A stretch of 32,842 nucleotides of DNA from a virus. Its lineage: Duplodnaviria > Caudoviricetes. Numbering within the stretch: position 1 is the first letter of the stretch; every line of letters starts with the position of its first letter. The position numbers and the translations under genes were made by a program. Shown in pieces: positions 7,364 through 15,511 of the stretch. The DNA is taken from positions 1 to 32,842 of IMG/VR virus record IMGVR_UViG_3300044477_000128. One strand, written 5' to 3'. The notes under the pieces were generated by a model. It was not told where the DNA came from, searched no databases, and worked only from the letters and a program-made list of their open reading frames with translations.

Positions 7364-9438
7364 TACATCCCACCGGCTCTAGCGAAAACACGGGTCAAGC
7401 GACGCTCGAAGACATCGCCTGCCATCTCCATTAATTCACGGTCGCTCCGACCTTCGCCTTGGCCACGGTCGATCGAAACGTGAACGGTAACGCTGGGCAT
7501 TGCCGGTGCGCTAACGGATGCGTTAGGGTTCCCGGCTGAAACCAAAGAAGTCTGTGCGATTTTGGCTGAAGTCGACTGGATCTCGGGAATAGCAGCGCTT
7601 TTTCCTTTGAGATATCCATCGGTCTCGTCCTGCCCAAGTCGTTCCCACGCTCTGGAAGGGGAGTGCGTTTCCGACTGCGCACGGGCGGCGTCCTCAGCGG
7701 TTTGCGCAAGGTAAGCGCCAGCGTTCCAAACGTCGGAACTGGACGCGTACATGCCAGACGCGAGCCCCTGTCCGAGGTTTTGTCCGGCTGAATAAAACCC
7801 CGAGTTGTCGTTTGCAGATCCTGCGCCGTTGTCGTTGGCAACCGAATCGGCTGGTTGTAGCCCGGGAGAATTCGAAAAGAACCCGGTAACCGATCCGATA
7901 ACGTTAGGAACCATCATCCCGAGACCGACGATCTTGGTCAGGATCCAAAGCAACGGCTTAGCAGCGTCGACTAGCGAAACAACGGCGCCGGCAAGGTTGC
8001 CAGCTGACTCACCAAAGCGTTGAGCCCACGAGATGGCGCCTTCACCGGATTCTCCGCCTAGCTCACCGGTAGAGCCGAGAATCCTTTCGAGCGCAGCTGC
8101 GCCACCTGACGATTCCCAGGCTACGCTGAACGTCGAAAATGCAGCCGGTAAAGCCTCGTCGAAGAACCAGATCACGTTTTCAACGATGACTGGCACGGCT
8201 TCGAAAATCCGCCCCATTACGTTGGCGAAACCGCCGATTGCTTTTTCGCCACCTGGACCGGTAATCCACGCGGTAAACGACTCGACTCCGCGCTTTATTG
8301 GATCGAACTGACCACCTTGCAGAGAGTTAGCTGACGCAACGCTCCAAGAACCTTGCATCTTACCCCAAAGCCCAGCGAGCGTTGAATTCGCAGCGGCCGC
8401 GCCGGCTTCACCGGCTGCTCCTCCGCCAGTCTTCACGCCGATCGCTTCACCAATCGCAGGGATAACCATGTCTGAAGTGAGCTTCCCGGCTTCCTTCATC
8501 TTGACGATCTCAGCCGTCGTCTTGCCGAGTTTCTTTCCAAGAACCTCGTAAATAATCGACGCGTTAATGCCCGCTTCGCCTAATTGGTTGAGCTCGTCAC
8601 CTTGGAGTCTACCGGCGGCAGCGACCTGGCGAATCGCCAACATCGCTCGCCCGATAGTCTCTTCGTTTGCGCCCATTGCACGAAGGTCACCCATGCGCTT
8701 GAAAAGCGTGTCAACCGTGCCGTCATCAAACCCTGACGCTTTCATGTCCATCAGGTTTTTAGCGACGGTGTTGACGTTCATGCCGAACGTTTCGGCGTAG
8801 TCGGATGCTTTGCCCCACCAGGCGAGACCTTGTCCGCTTGTTACACGGTCAAGGGCAAATCGAAGCTGCTCGGCCTCGATAGCCGTGCCCATCATGTTGG
8901 CGCCGAGCATTCCAGCTCCGACGGCAGCGGCTCCGCCAATAGCTAGCGACGCGCCGCCAGCAACCTTGGTAGCGCCCATGGCTGCCGATCCAATTCCGGC
9001 GGCAGCCTGTGCCCCGTACCTGCTAACACCTCTACGCGTCAACGAACCAGCTACAGCAGCTGCCCCGCGCGCGCCTCCACCCTTTACCGAGTAGAGGCGA
9101 CGAAGAGCAATCTCCGACTTCGCAGCATCAATCGAAAACTTGCGAACCCACGAGCCAGAGATACCGAAAGCACGGAGGCCTCTAGCGGCAGCAGCCGAAG
9201 CAGGCGCCAGGTCACGGTATGACTTTCGCGAGCGCTCCAAATAGCTCGCATGCCGACGCATGTTGTCGCCGTCAAACCACTTTGAAGACGCGAACTTGCG
9301 CTCTGTCTTCGTTGTGGCTTTGCCTACGGCTTGGATCTGCGCCTCAAGACGCGACATTTCTGCCGCCATCTTTTTGGCTACAATGGCCATGTCTCCTTCG
9401 AGATCTAGGCCAAATGCTACTTCCTCGCCGTTTGACAT
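7363..9438 (-). CDS. Tail tape measure protein (691 aa)
   Basis: Ala/Gly-rich helical protein; tape-measure motif 'AMLAIRQVAAAGRLQGDELNQLGEAGI'; C-terminal 'ETHSPSR'; follows the chaperone. Confidence 0.95.
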   Translation of the reverse strand: MSNGEEVAFGLDLEGDMAIVAKKMAAEMSRLEAQIQAVGKATTKTERKFASSKWFDGDNMRRHASYLERSRKSYRDLAPASAAAARGLRAFGISGSWVRKFSIDAAKSEIALRRLYSVKGGGARGAAAVAGSLTRRGVSRYGAQAAAGIGSAAMGATKVAGGASLAIGGAAAVGAGMLGANMMGTAIEAEQLRFALDRVTSGQGLAWWGKASDYAETFGMNVNTVAKNLMDMKASGFDDGTVDTLFKRMGDLRAMGANEETIGRAMLAIRQVAAAGRLQGDELNQLGEAGINASIIYEVLGKKLGKTTAEIVKMKEAGKLTSDMVIPAIGEAIGVKTGGGAAGEAGAAAANSTLAGLWGKMQGSWSVASANSLQGGQFDPIKRGVESFTAWITGPGGEKAIGGFANVMGRIFEAVPVIVENVIWFFDEALPAAFSTFSVAWESSGGAAALERILGSTGELGGESGEGAISWAQRFGESAGNLAGAVVSLVDAAKPLLWILTKIVGLGMMVPNVIGSVTGFFSNSPGLQPADSVANDNGAGSANDNSGFYSAGQNLGQGLASGMYASSSDVWNAGAYLAQTAEDAARAQSETHSPSRAWERLGQDETDGYLKGKSAAIPEIQSTSAKIAQTSLVSAGNPNASVSAPAMPSVTVHVSIDRGQGEGRSDRELMEMAGDVFERRLTRVFARAGGM

Positions 9439-9602
9439 TAGCTATTCGCCTCGCAGTAACTTTTAATGAAAGCCGTCACTGTGGACATGAAATCAGCCAC
9501 GAATAGAGCCCCAACGTAAGCGTCGGTTGACTTTTCGTGGTTGCAGAACGCGAGCAAACAGCGCGCCGATTCCTCGATGCGCTCATTCGCCCGCTCTAGC
9601 CT
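9438..9602 (-). CDS. -1 frameshift extension of the tail assembly chaperone (lambda gpGT-like), 54 aa, absent from ORF track
   Basis: -1 frame after G GGA AAA reads RLERANERIEESARCLLAFCNHEKSTDAYVGALFVADFMSTVTAFIKSYCEANS*; its TAA overlaps the tape-measure ATG (TAATG). Confidence 0.85.
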   Translation of the reverse strand, partial: RLERANERIEESARCLLAFCNHEKSTDAYVGALFVADFMSTVTAFIKSYCEANS

Positions 9603-10255
9603 TTTCCCACTTCGGCGTTACCCGCACCGGTCACGTCACGGGTCTTCACCCACAGCGGGATTAGTAACCCGGGGCGCTCATCTAGTAACGATTCAACCGT
9701 GGAGACGTCGGGCTTTTTCACGCAAGCGATAACCGCCGCGCGGATGATGTCCGAAAGCTTATCGTGGCCCTGTTGCGACGCTTCGATCGCTCGACGGACA
9801 ACGGAGCCAGCGATCTCGTCGGTGGCCAAGATAATCGGCTTGCACCCGGAAGGCACAAGACCGACCCACCCAAACTCGAACTCTTTATCGAGCTTTTCGC
9901 GCTCTTCATCGGTTGGTTCGTACTCGGCGAAATCGCCGGTACAGATTGCCTCGAGGCCGACTGCCATCGTCGACACGAGTCCAGGCATCGCCTTAAGGAA
10001 TCGCTTAGCCTTCGCGACGCTTCCGTCATCCTTGCCTTTCGGATCAGGATAAACCATTGCGCCGAAAACGAGCGACTCCCTGGCAACGCCAGATGACTCG
10101 TGTGGCGAGAATACAGCGGAAAGATACTCGTTAAACGCCTCTGTAGTCGGTCGCGTTGAGGCAATAAACCCCAAGCGCTGAACGTCGGCGTAGACGATAT
10201 CCTTGCCGTATTTCGCAATCAAACTATCGCGTAATTCGCGCGTTTCTTTGTTCAC
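9596..10255 (-). CDS. Tail assembly chaperone (219 aa)
   Basis: Between tube and tape measure; AGGAGG RBS before GTG; ends in slippery site. Confidence 0.85.
   Translation of the reverse strand: MNKETRELRDSLIAKYGKDIVYADVQRLGFIASTRPTTEAFNEYLSAVFSPHESSGVARESLVFGAMVYPDPKGKDDGSVAKAKRFLKAMPGLVSTMAVGLEAICTGDFAEYEPTDEEREKLDKEFEFGWVGLVPSGCKPIILATDEIAGSVVRRAIEASQQGHDKLSDIIRAAVIACVKKPDVSTVESLLDERPGLLIPLWVKTRDVTGAGNAEVGKG
9602..9608 (-). other. Programmed -1 ribosomal frameshift slippery site G GGA AAA
   Basis: X XXY YYZ heptamer in correct phase (GTG GGA AAA GGC TAG), one codon before the stop. Confidence 0.85.
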
Positions 10256-10294
10256 GTTGCCTCCTGCTTACGCTGATGCGTAGCGTGTGAACTG

Positions 10295-10792
10295 TTAAAG
10301 TTTCCCGCCGAAAGCGTCGTATCCGTTCTCGTACAGTCGAGCGCCTTTGCCAGCGATCTTGAACGATACGGTCACTTTCAGTGCTTCGTTTCCGGTCTTA
10401 CCGTCGCGCCCGCGCTCACTGAATCGCGCGCCCTTGACGACGATATTGGTCGTCTTGTTGTCCTTGCGGCGGTAGGTCCAGCTGAAGGTGAATTCGGTGC
10501 CAAAGTGCCCAATTCCAGCCTTGTTCAGCTTTTCTTTGAACCTGTCCCAGGCTTCCGCTTTGAAGTCGATCGACCCTTCAGCGGAGTAATCACCGGTAGT
10601 GACGTCCTCAGCGAAAGGTGAACCAGCTTCGCGTTCCTCGCCAATGTCGAGCGTTTCTTTGACGCTCATCCCTTGGATACCGTCGAGGATTCCAATCTCG
10701 AACTTCCCGTCGCTACACGAGATTGTCGAATCGTTGAAAGTCGCGTGAGAACCGTCGGCGCGGTAGCTCTTTTGATTGATTTTTAGCGCCAT
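10295..10792 (-). CDS. Tail tube protein
   Basis: 165 aa beta-rich protein after the sheath; 'TTGDYSAEGSIDF', 'GNEALKVTVSF' tube-like motifs. Confidence 0.85.
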   Translation of the reverse strand: MALKINQKSYRADGSHATFNDSTISCSDGKFEIGILDGIQGMSVKETLDIGEEREAGSPFAEDVTTGDYSAEGSIDFKAEAWDRFKEKLNKAGIGHFGTEFTFSWTYRRKDNKTTNIVVKGARFSERGRDGKTGNEALKVTVSFKIAGKGARLYENGYDAFGGKL

Positions 10793-10798
10793 GATTGA

Positions 10799-12268
10799 TT
10801 ACACCGTCCTCGAGAAGCCAATAGTCGTTCGAAGTCCGTCGACTTCACGAAGCGGAACCGCCGTTCCAACACCGAGAATTTCACCGGTAGCTAGGTAGTC
10901 GTTTGTTCGCAAAACCTTGTAAACGACGTCACTAACGTGGCCTTTGAATCCTTCGATATTCGTCGGCTCTTTGATCTCGTCTTTCAACCGAGACATGACC
11001 GCGTTTTCTACACGTAAGGCGTCATCTTCGTAGATGCGGCCGGTACCATCGGTGAGCGCCCGCATGTTCGATCCGGGGAACTGCTGCAAAACGTCGTGAA
11101 CGATTGTGCAGATGCGGTCGATTACCGCGCCCCATTGCAGCGTCCTAAAGTCCGAAGTCGGGTCGCTGTGAATGAACGCCTTCGTGATGAAGTAACCTGA
11201 ATATCCGTCCTTTTTGCAAAGGGTGATAACTCGGTCGGTCGCAGTGAATTGAGGCGATAGACCTTCGTCGTTGCCGATCGAGATGACGCCGCGAAGCGAG
11301 CCGGAAAGTACGCGGTCGGGAGATTCCGAGATCTCGGTTTGCGCGAACCGTTCGGCAACCGCATTGACAGCGGACACGCGCGGAGCGACCCATCCAGGGT
11401 AGGGAACGCGCGAAACGATGTGACAGCCAGCTGACGCCGTTTGAGGGTCGTAAACCAGTGCTACACGGTCGTCCGTTGACGATGCTTTTGCCGTGTTGAA
11501 GTTGGCTAATGAATCGACGGAACCACCGTCAATCGGTGAGCGTGCGAAGTTGAACTTCGACGCAAGCGTATCGAGATGACCAGCAAGCGCAGCCGCCAAA
11601 ACAATGGCAGCCGACGCGGTTTGATTGGTTCCTGCCATCATCACCCGGTTGATTCGGAACGTGCCGATTTGGGCAAGCAACGCGCCGAATGCAGCCGTTA
11701 GATCAGTGGTCGTGTAGTGGGGGGCTACACAGTCCGCTCGGGCTACGTCGCCAGCGTCAAGCGTACCGGTGAACGCGATTACCAGGCCGCTCTGCGTTAG
11801 CGTGAACGTGCCAGCGCTGGGCATCGTGTACTCAGGCGACCACCCGTAAGCAGCGGTATCCGAATACCCGTCTAGGGCATACTGGAACTTGCCAGCCGCT
11901 GCCCCGCCGGTCTTCGTGCATCGAACACGAACTCGAAGCGCGTCGACAGGCGTACCGGTTACGGCGATCGTGCCGGTAGACGAGGCTACGCGCGAATAGG
12001 CAACCGTTCCGATTGATCCGGCTGTGCTCGCAGCGGTCTTAAGGAAAATGCAGCCACCAGCGTCAGCCAGCGCAGCCGCCAGTTCAGCGCCAGAGCCGCG
12101 CCCAACGGTCGAAACGACTTCGCTCGAACCGTTTTGAAAAAAGTACGCTTTGTTTTCGATGCCGAGTGAACTCGGGCCGACAACAAGCGGAAGATTTGCG
12201 CCGTCGACAGGAATGCCGACTCCGCCATCACGCGTCGTAATCTCCTGGCCGGGAGGATAAAACGTCAT
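10799..12268 (-). CDS. Contractile tail sheath protein (DUF2586-like)
   Basis: 489 aa; N-terminal 'ITTRDGGVG'; C-terminal 'GYSGYFIT...SDPTSDFRTLQWGAVID...TTIGF' sheath pattern; precedes tube. Confidence 0.88.
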   Translation of the reverse strand: MTFYPPGQEITTRDGGVGIPVDGANLPLVVGPSSLGIENKAYFFQNGSSEVVSTVGRGSGAELAAALADAGGCIFLKTAASTAGSIGTVAYSRVASSTGTIAVTGTPVDALRVRVRCTKTGGAAAGKFQYALDGYSDTAAYGWSPEYTMPSAGTFTLTQSGLVIAFTGTLDAGDVARADCVAPHYTTTDLTAAFGALLAQIGTFRINRVMMAGTNQTASAAIVLAAALAGHLDTLASKFNFARSPIDGGSVDSLANFNTAKASSTDDRVALVYDPQTASAGCHIVSRVPYPGWVAPRVSAVNAVAERFAQTEISESPDRVLSGSLRGVISIGNDEGLSPQFTATDRVITLCKKDGYSGYFITKAFIHSDPTSDFRTLQWGAVIDRICTIVHDVLQQFPGSNMRALTDGTGRIYEDDALRVENAVMSRLKDEIKEPTNIEGFKGHVSDVVYKVLRTNDYLATGEILGVGTAVPLREVDGLRTTIGFSRTV

Positions 12269-12594
12269 TAGCTAACACCTTTCAAATGAGGGGCTAAAGC
12301 TGGCTCGTGTGGCTTGTATGCGCCGCGTTTGTCAGCGGTTTTTGCCGCGTCGATGGCCGCATCGAACGCTTCGCGCGTGAGCTTCATCGGCTCCGCGCTG
12401 TGCATTGTGTACGCGTCCCAACCGTGGAGCGCAGACGCTGCGCGATACTCAGGCGAGCGGATTTCGTTGGATAAACCGCCAAACACGACAGGGGCACCAT
12501 TGCGAATGTTGCCGGTTGCAAGCGCGTGCTCGCGAGGCGAAAGCAAAGCTCCGCCACCCTCGACACTTCGAGGTTCTTCGTTCTTTAAAACCAT
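12268..12594 (-). CDS. Small hypothetical protein between tail terminator and sheath
   Basis: TAATG-coupled to sheath; 'AASALHGW...LTREAFDAAI'. Confidence 0.7.
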   Translation of the reverse strand: MVLKNEEPRSVEGGGALLSPREHALATGNIRNGAPVVFGGLSNEIRSPEYRAASALHGWDAYTMHSAEPMKLTREAFDAAIDAAKTADKRGAYKPHEPALAPHLKGVS

Positions 12595-12597
12595 GTG

Positions 12598-13161
12598 TTA
12601 CTCCAAATCTTGAAGTGTTTGATCGGTGGCCTTAAGAACCTCGCGGTAGACCCACTCGGATTTAGGCTCAGGGAATCCAGGCAACCGCGCTGGGCTCGCT
12701 GGAATTGTTACTCGTAAATCGACGTCAGCTTGAATGAAGTAAGCAGTACTGATTTGACTCTGCTTATCTTCACTCGGTGACGTGTAAGCGTTAATTACAA
12801 CCTGGTCGCCTGCGACGTTTTTTGCGGCAATTCTCAGGTTCTGCCAAAGCTTGCGGCATGATTCTTTGGTGCCGCCGTGAACTGAAACTCGAACGTGGCA
12901 CACATCGACAAACGCGACATTATTCTCGTCGGATCCCTCGTCAGGGAACTCGGTTTTGCCACCGAACTCAACCCATCCAACGAACTCGCGAGTATGGTGC
13001 TCGCCAGTCGCGTGAACTCCGATTCCGTAACCAACACACGGTCCGCCGCCGAAGGTGTTGTTCTCGGTTTTTCCTCGACCAAATTGCACGCTAGCGCAAT
13101 TCATCAATCGGCAAAGTTCCGTTTGGATCTCGCCAATAAACTCGTCGACACTATCGGCCAT
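12598..13161 (-). CDS. Probable tail terminator/completion protein
   Basis: Position between neck gene and sheath; acidic 187 aa; TAATG-coupled; function by synteny only. Confidence 0.55.
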   Translation of the reverse strand: MADSVDEFIGEIQTELCRLMNCASVQFGRGKTENNTFGGGPCVGYGIGVHATGEHHTREFVGWVEFGGKTEFPDEGSDENNVAFVDVCHVRVSVHGGTKESCRKLWQNLRIAAKNVAGDQVVINAYTSPSEDKQSQISTAYFIQADVDLRVTIPASPARLPGFPEPKSEWVYREVLKATDQTLQDLE

Positions 13162-13817
13162 TACTTCTCGAAATTCGCCTTGAACCAGTCGTTAGCGGTG
13201 TCCACGAAAGCTGCGGACCACGAAGCGGGCAGGTTTCCGTCGTCTGGGACCATCTTGCGCTGAGGGGCGCCTTTGACGGACCGAAGGAACATCTTGGAGC
13301 CCTTCATTCCGCTTACGTTTTTCTTGAAACTTGCCCGGGCTTGAGCTGGTGTCGTCGCGCTAGTGATTGAAGACGCCCAGGCTTGCCGAGCGCTATTGTA
13401 GGATCGCTTTGTTACGTATCCTTCAGCAAAAAACGCGAGAAAATTAGCCCTAATCGGCTTTATTCTCTGCTTACGCGGCCCGTAGATACCTGTCCCTTTT
13501 TGCATCCACTTCGCGTAAAGCATCGACGAAGCGATTCGAAATCCGCGACCATCAGAACGCTTTACCGCTGACCTTCTGCCCCATGAGCGTCGAAGGTTTG
13601 CCGTTTTTCCGACGAGCACCTGACGTCCGTCACCGAAGACCTTCGGCGGCCACTTGTTACCGTATGGGTCGGTTTCAGTTCGGAAGCACTCGATAACAAG
13701 GTCGACCGCTTCCTCTGCGAGGTTGTCGGAGAGCTGCTTTAGTTTCGAGGTTTCCGAAAGTCGCTCGACTTGCTTAACGATCTTGCGAAGTTTTGCGGAG
13801 TCGCCACGAAGTCCCAT
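13161..13817 (-). CDS. Virion morphogenesis/neck protein (Mu gpG / P2 gpS-like)
   Basis: 'FRTETDPYGNKWPP...LVGKTANLRRS...YAKWMQKGT...APQRKMVP'; basic; start placed at ATG 13817 behind AGGT rather than GTG 13850. Confidence 0.85.
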   Translation of the reverse strand: MGLRGDSAKLRKIVKQVERLSETSKLKQLSDNLAEEAVDLVIECFRTETDPYGNKWPPKVFGDGRQVLVGKTANLRRSWGRRSAVKRSDGRGFRIASSMLYAKWMQKGTGIYGPRKQRIKPIRANFLAFFAEGYVTKRSYNSARQAWASSITSATTPAQARASFKKNVSGMKGSKMFLRSVKGAPQRKMVPDDGNLPASWSAAFVDTANDWFKANFEK

Positions 13818-13824
13818 AATAAAC

Positions 13825-14262
13825 CTAAGGCCATGAGTCGCCCCACCCACGCTTTGGATCGCTAATTATCGAACCTGAGCGCTTGGGTTCATCCGGTTTA
13901 GCGTCGAGGTCTTCTCCGGCTGCATTGCGCGGAAGCGGGCCAAGATTACCCTTAGCAACCTTGTCCATCCACTCGATACAGCGCTTGTATTCTTCGACGT
14001 ATTCAGCATCCTCGGCGCTTTGGGCTTGCCACCCGCGCACACGTAGAAAGTGGTACCCGGCAATGATACACGCGCGACGCTTCATCCCCGGCGTCCACGA
14101 CGTTTCAGGTATCGGCTCGTCGTAACCACCAGTACGAAGCGCTTCTAGTATGTCGGACTCTGCCGCCTCGATATTGGCTTGAACGGATTCAAATTGACCG
14201 TCCCAAATCGACTGTTCCGGAAGTCCGAACTCCGAGAAGTCTTTAATTTTTGAAACGGCCAT
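13825..14262 (-). CDS. Head-tail adaptor (Mu gp36/DUF1320-like)
   Basis: 'IEAAESDI...ACIIAGYHFL...YKRCIEWMDKVAKG' matches the gp36 pattern. Confidence 0.85.
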   Translation of the reverse strand: MAVSKIKDFSEFGLPEQSIWDGQFESVQANIEAAESDILEALRTGGYDEPIPETSWTPGMKRRACIIAGYHFLRVRGWQAQSAEDAEYVEEYKRCIEWMDKVAKGNLGPLPRNAAGEDLDAKPDEPKRSGSIISDPKRGWGDSWP

Positions 14263-14265
14263 TTG

Positions 14266-14517
14266 TTACCAATAGATTCGAACGCGCGTTACGTTCACCA
14301 CGCTGTCGATTGTGCGCAGCGATACGGGAATTTCTTCACCGCTGGCAACGGTAAAAGTTCGCGCAGTGTCAGCAGATTGAGCCGTTTTCCCAACAATCGA
14401 CGCCCCGGCAGATGCCGTAACGACCTTGATTCCGACCAGGTCTTTACCGCCGGTAAAGCCCAATAGGTTCACCGATGAGAAAGACGTGATCTCAATTGAA
14501 TCGTTGGCGGTTAGCAT
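14266..14517 (-). CDS. Small beta-rich virion protein, possibly head spike base-like (83 aa)
   Basis: ATG 14517 overlaps upstream TAA; 'TFTVASGEEIPVSLRTI...VTRVRIYW'; family call tentative. Confidence 0.55.
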   Translation of the reverse strand: MLTANDSIEITSFSSVNLLGFTGGKDLVGIKVVTASAGASIVGKTAQSADTARTFTVASGEEIPVSLRTIDSVVNVTRVRIYW

Positions 14518-14963
14518 TAGAACGCGAACCAAACACGGATTCGAATAGAGCCCGCAGTTAGACCGTTTAGGTTGTGCGACGCGTCAGTCAAAAACGTCGC
14601 CTTCAGTTGTTCGCCACCAAAGGACCCGGTGCGGTGGACGCCTGCGGTTCCTGAGCGATAGCCCGTTGCTGAACCGGTGAAAATATCGGCACCATCAACA
14701 ATGGCGTCGGTGTCAGTTCCGCCAATGTCGACCGTTACAGCAGTTGCAGAGCCACCTGAAAACACTGTAGTAAGGTAGAATTCTGAGTCCACAACACGAG
14801 CGCCAGCCGGTAATGCTGCGCCAATATTGATCGCCTGAGCGGTATTGTTCGTTGATTCCGTTAGGTCAGCGTGTGTTACGGTGACCTCGCGATACGGTAG
14901 CTCTTGGTAAGACTTGTCGGTTTCCCGCAAGTCCCCATCTGGATGTCTGGTCTGCATAATCAC
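14517..14963 (-). CDS. Capsid decoration/cement protein (jelly-roll, Bbp16-like)
   Basis: 'ALPAGARVVD...TTVFSGG...VDIGG...LTAGSIRIRVWF' pattern; downstream of capsid gene. Confidence 0.6.
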   Translation of the reverse strand: MIMQTRHPDGDLRETDKSYQELPYREVTVTHADLTESTNNTAQAINIGAALPAGARVVDSEFYLTTVFSGGSATAVTVDIGGTDTDAIVDGADIFTGSATGYRSGTAGVHRTGSFGGEQLKATFLTDASHNLNGLTAGSIRIRVWFAF

Positions 14964-15226
14964 CCAATCGCGGCAAGCACTGCCGCAGCTTGCGCAGATG
15001 TAAGACCCGCGCGTGAAAGTTCTCTTGCGTCGGCTCCGCGAATCTCCTCAAGTACCAGGTACCCATGGGAAATTAGCTGGGATCGATACGGGAAAGCGTC
15101 TGGTATAGGCGTGCCTTCACAGGCCTTGCGCTTACCATCCCAAACGCTTTCCATTTCTTCGCTTCGGGCTAAGGCTCGCCTTTGTTCAAGAAACAAATAG
15201 CGACACCTAGAGCGAACATCAGCCAC
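14960..15226 (-). CDS. Hypothetical protein with C-terminal helix-hairpin-helix-like segment
   Basis: 'LISHGYLVLEEIRGADARELSRAGLTSAQAAAVLAAI' resembles HHH_5-type modules. Confidence 0.55.
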   Translation of the reverse strand: MADVRSRCRYLFLEQRRALARSEEMESVWDGKRKACEGTPIPDAFPYRSQLISHGYLVLEEIRGADARELSRAGLTSAQAAAVLAAIG

Positions 15227-15506
15227 GGCGCTTGCCGTTTTGGTTTCGGTTCTGAACCTGCTGAGCCTCGACCTTTGCAGGTTCGGTACTCACCGGTTCT
15301 ACTTGAGGTTCTGAATTGCCGGCGATTAGTAGCTCAGCGATTCGCTCCTTAAGCGTGGCGATCTCGTCTCTCAGTCCGCGATTCTCCTCGCGTAGCCGGT
15401 CAATCCTCTCGGCGTCCGTCAGTTGACGGGTAGGCGAGACGGGGCGAGGCAGGGTTGCTAAATGAGCCGCCCTGCGCTCTCTGGCTCGAAATGCCGTCAT
15501 TCCCAT
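15219..15506 (-). CDS. Hypothetical coiled-coil protein
   Basis: Heptads 'IDRLREENRGLRDEIATLKERIAEL'; starts 5 nt after the capsid stop. Confidence 0.7.
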   Translation of the reverse strand: MGMTAFRARERRAAHLATLPRPVSPTRQLTDAERIDRLREENRGLRDEIATLKERIAELLIAGNSEPQVEPVSTEPAKVEAQQVQNRNQNGKRRG

Positions 15507-15511
15507 GGCGA

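Noticed and set aside
10265-10284. Small hairpin between tube and chaperone genes
   Set aside because: Short stem with no U-tract; at most an mRNA-stability element
1-12268. Tail cluster considered as a stand-alone tailocin, eCIS or T6SS
   Set aside because: Contiguous with complete head, packaging and replication modules
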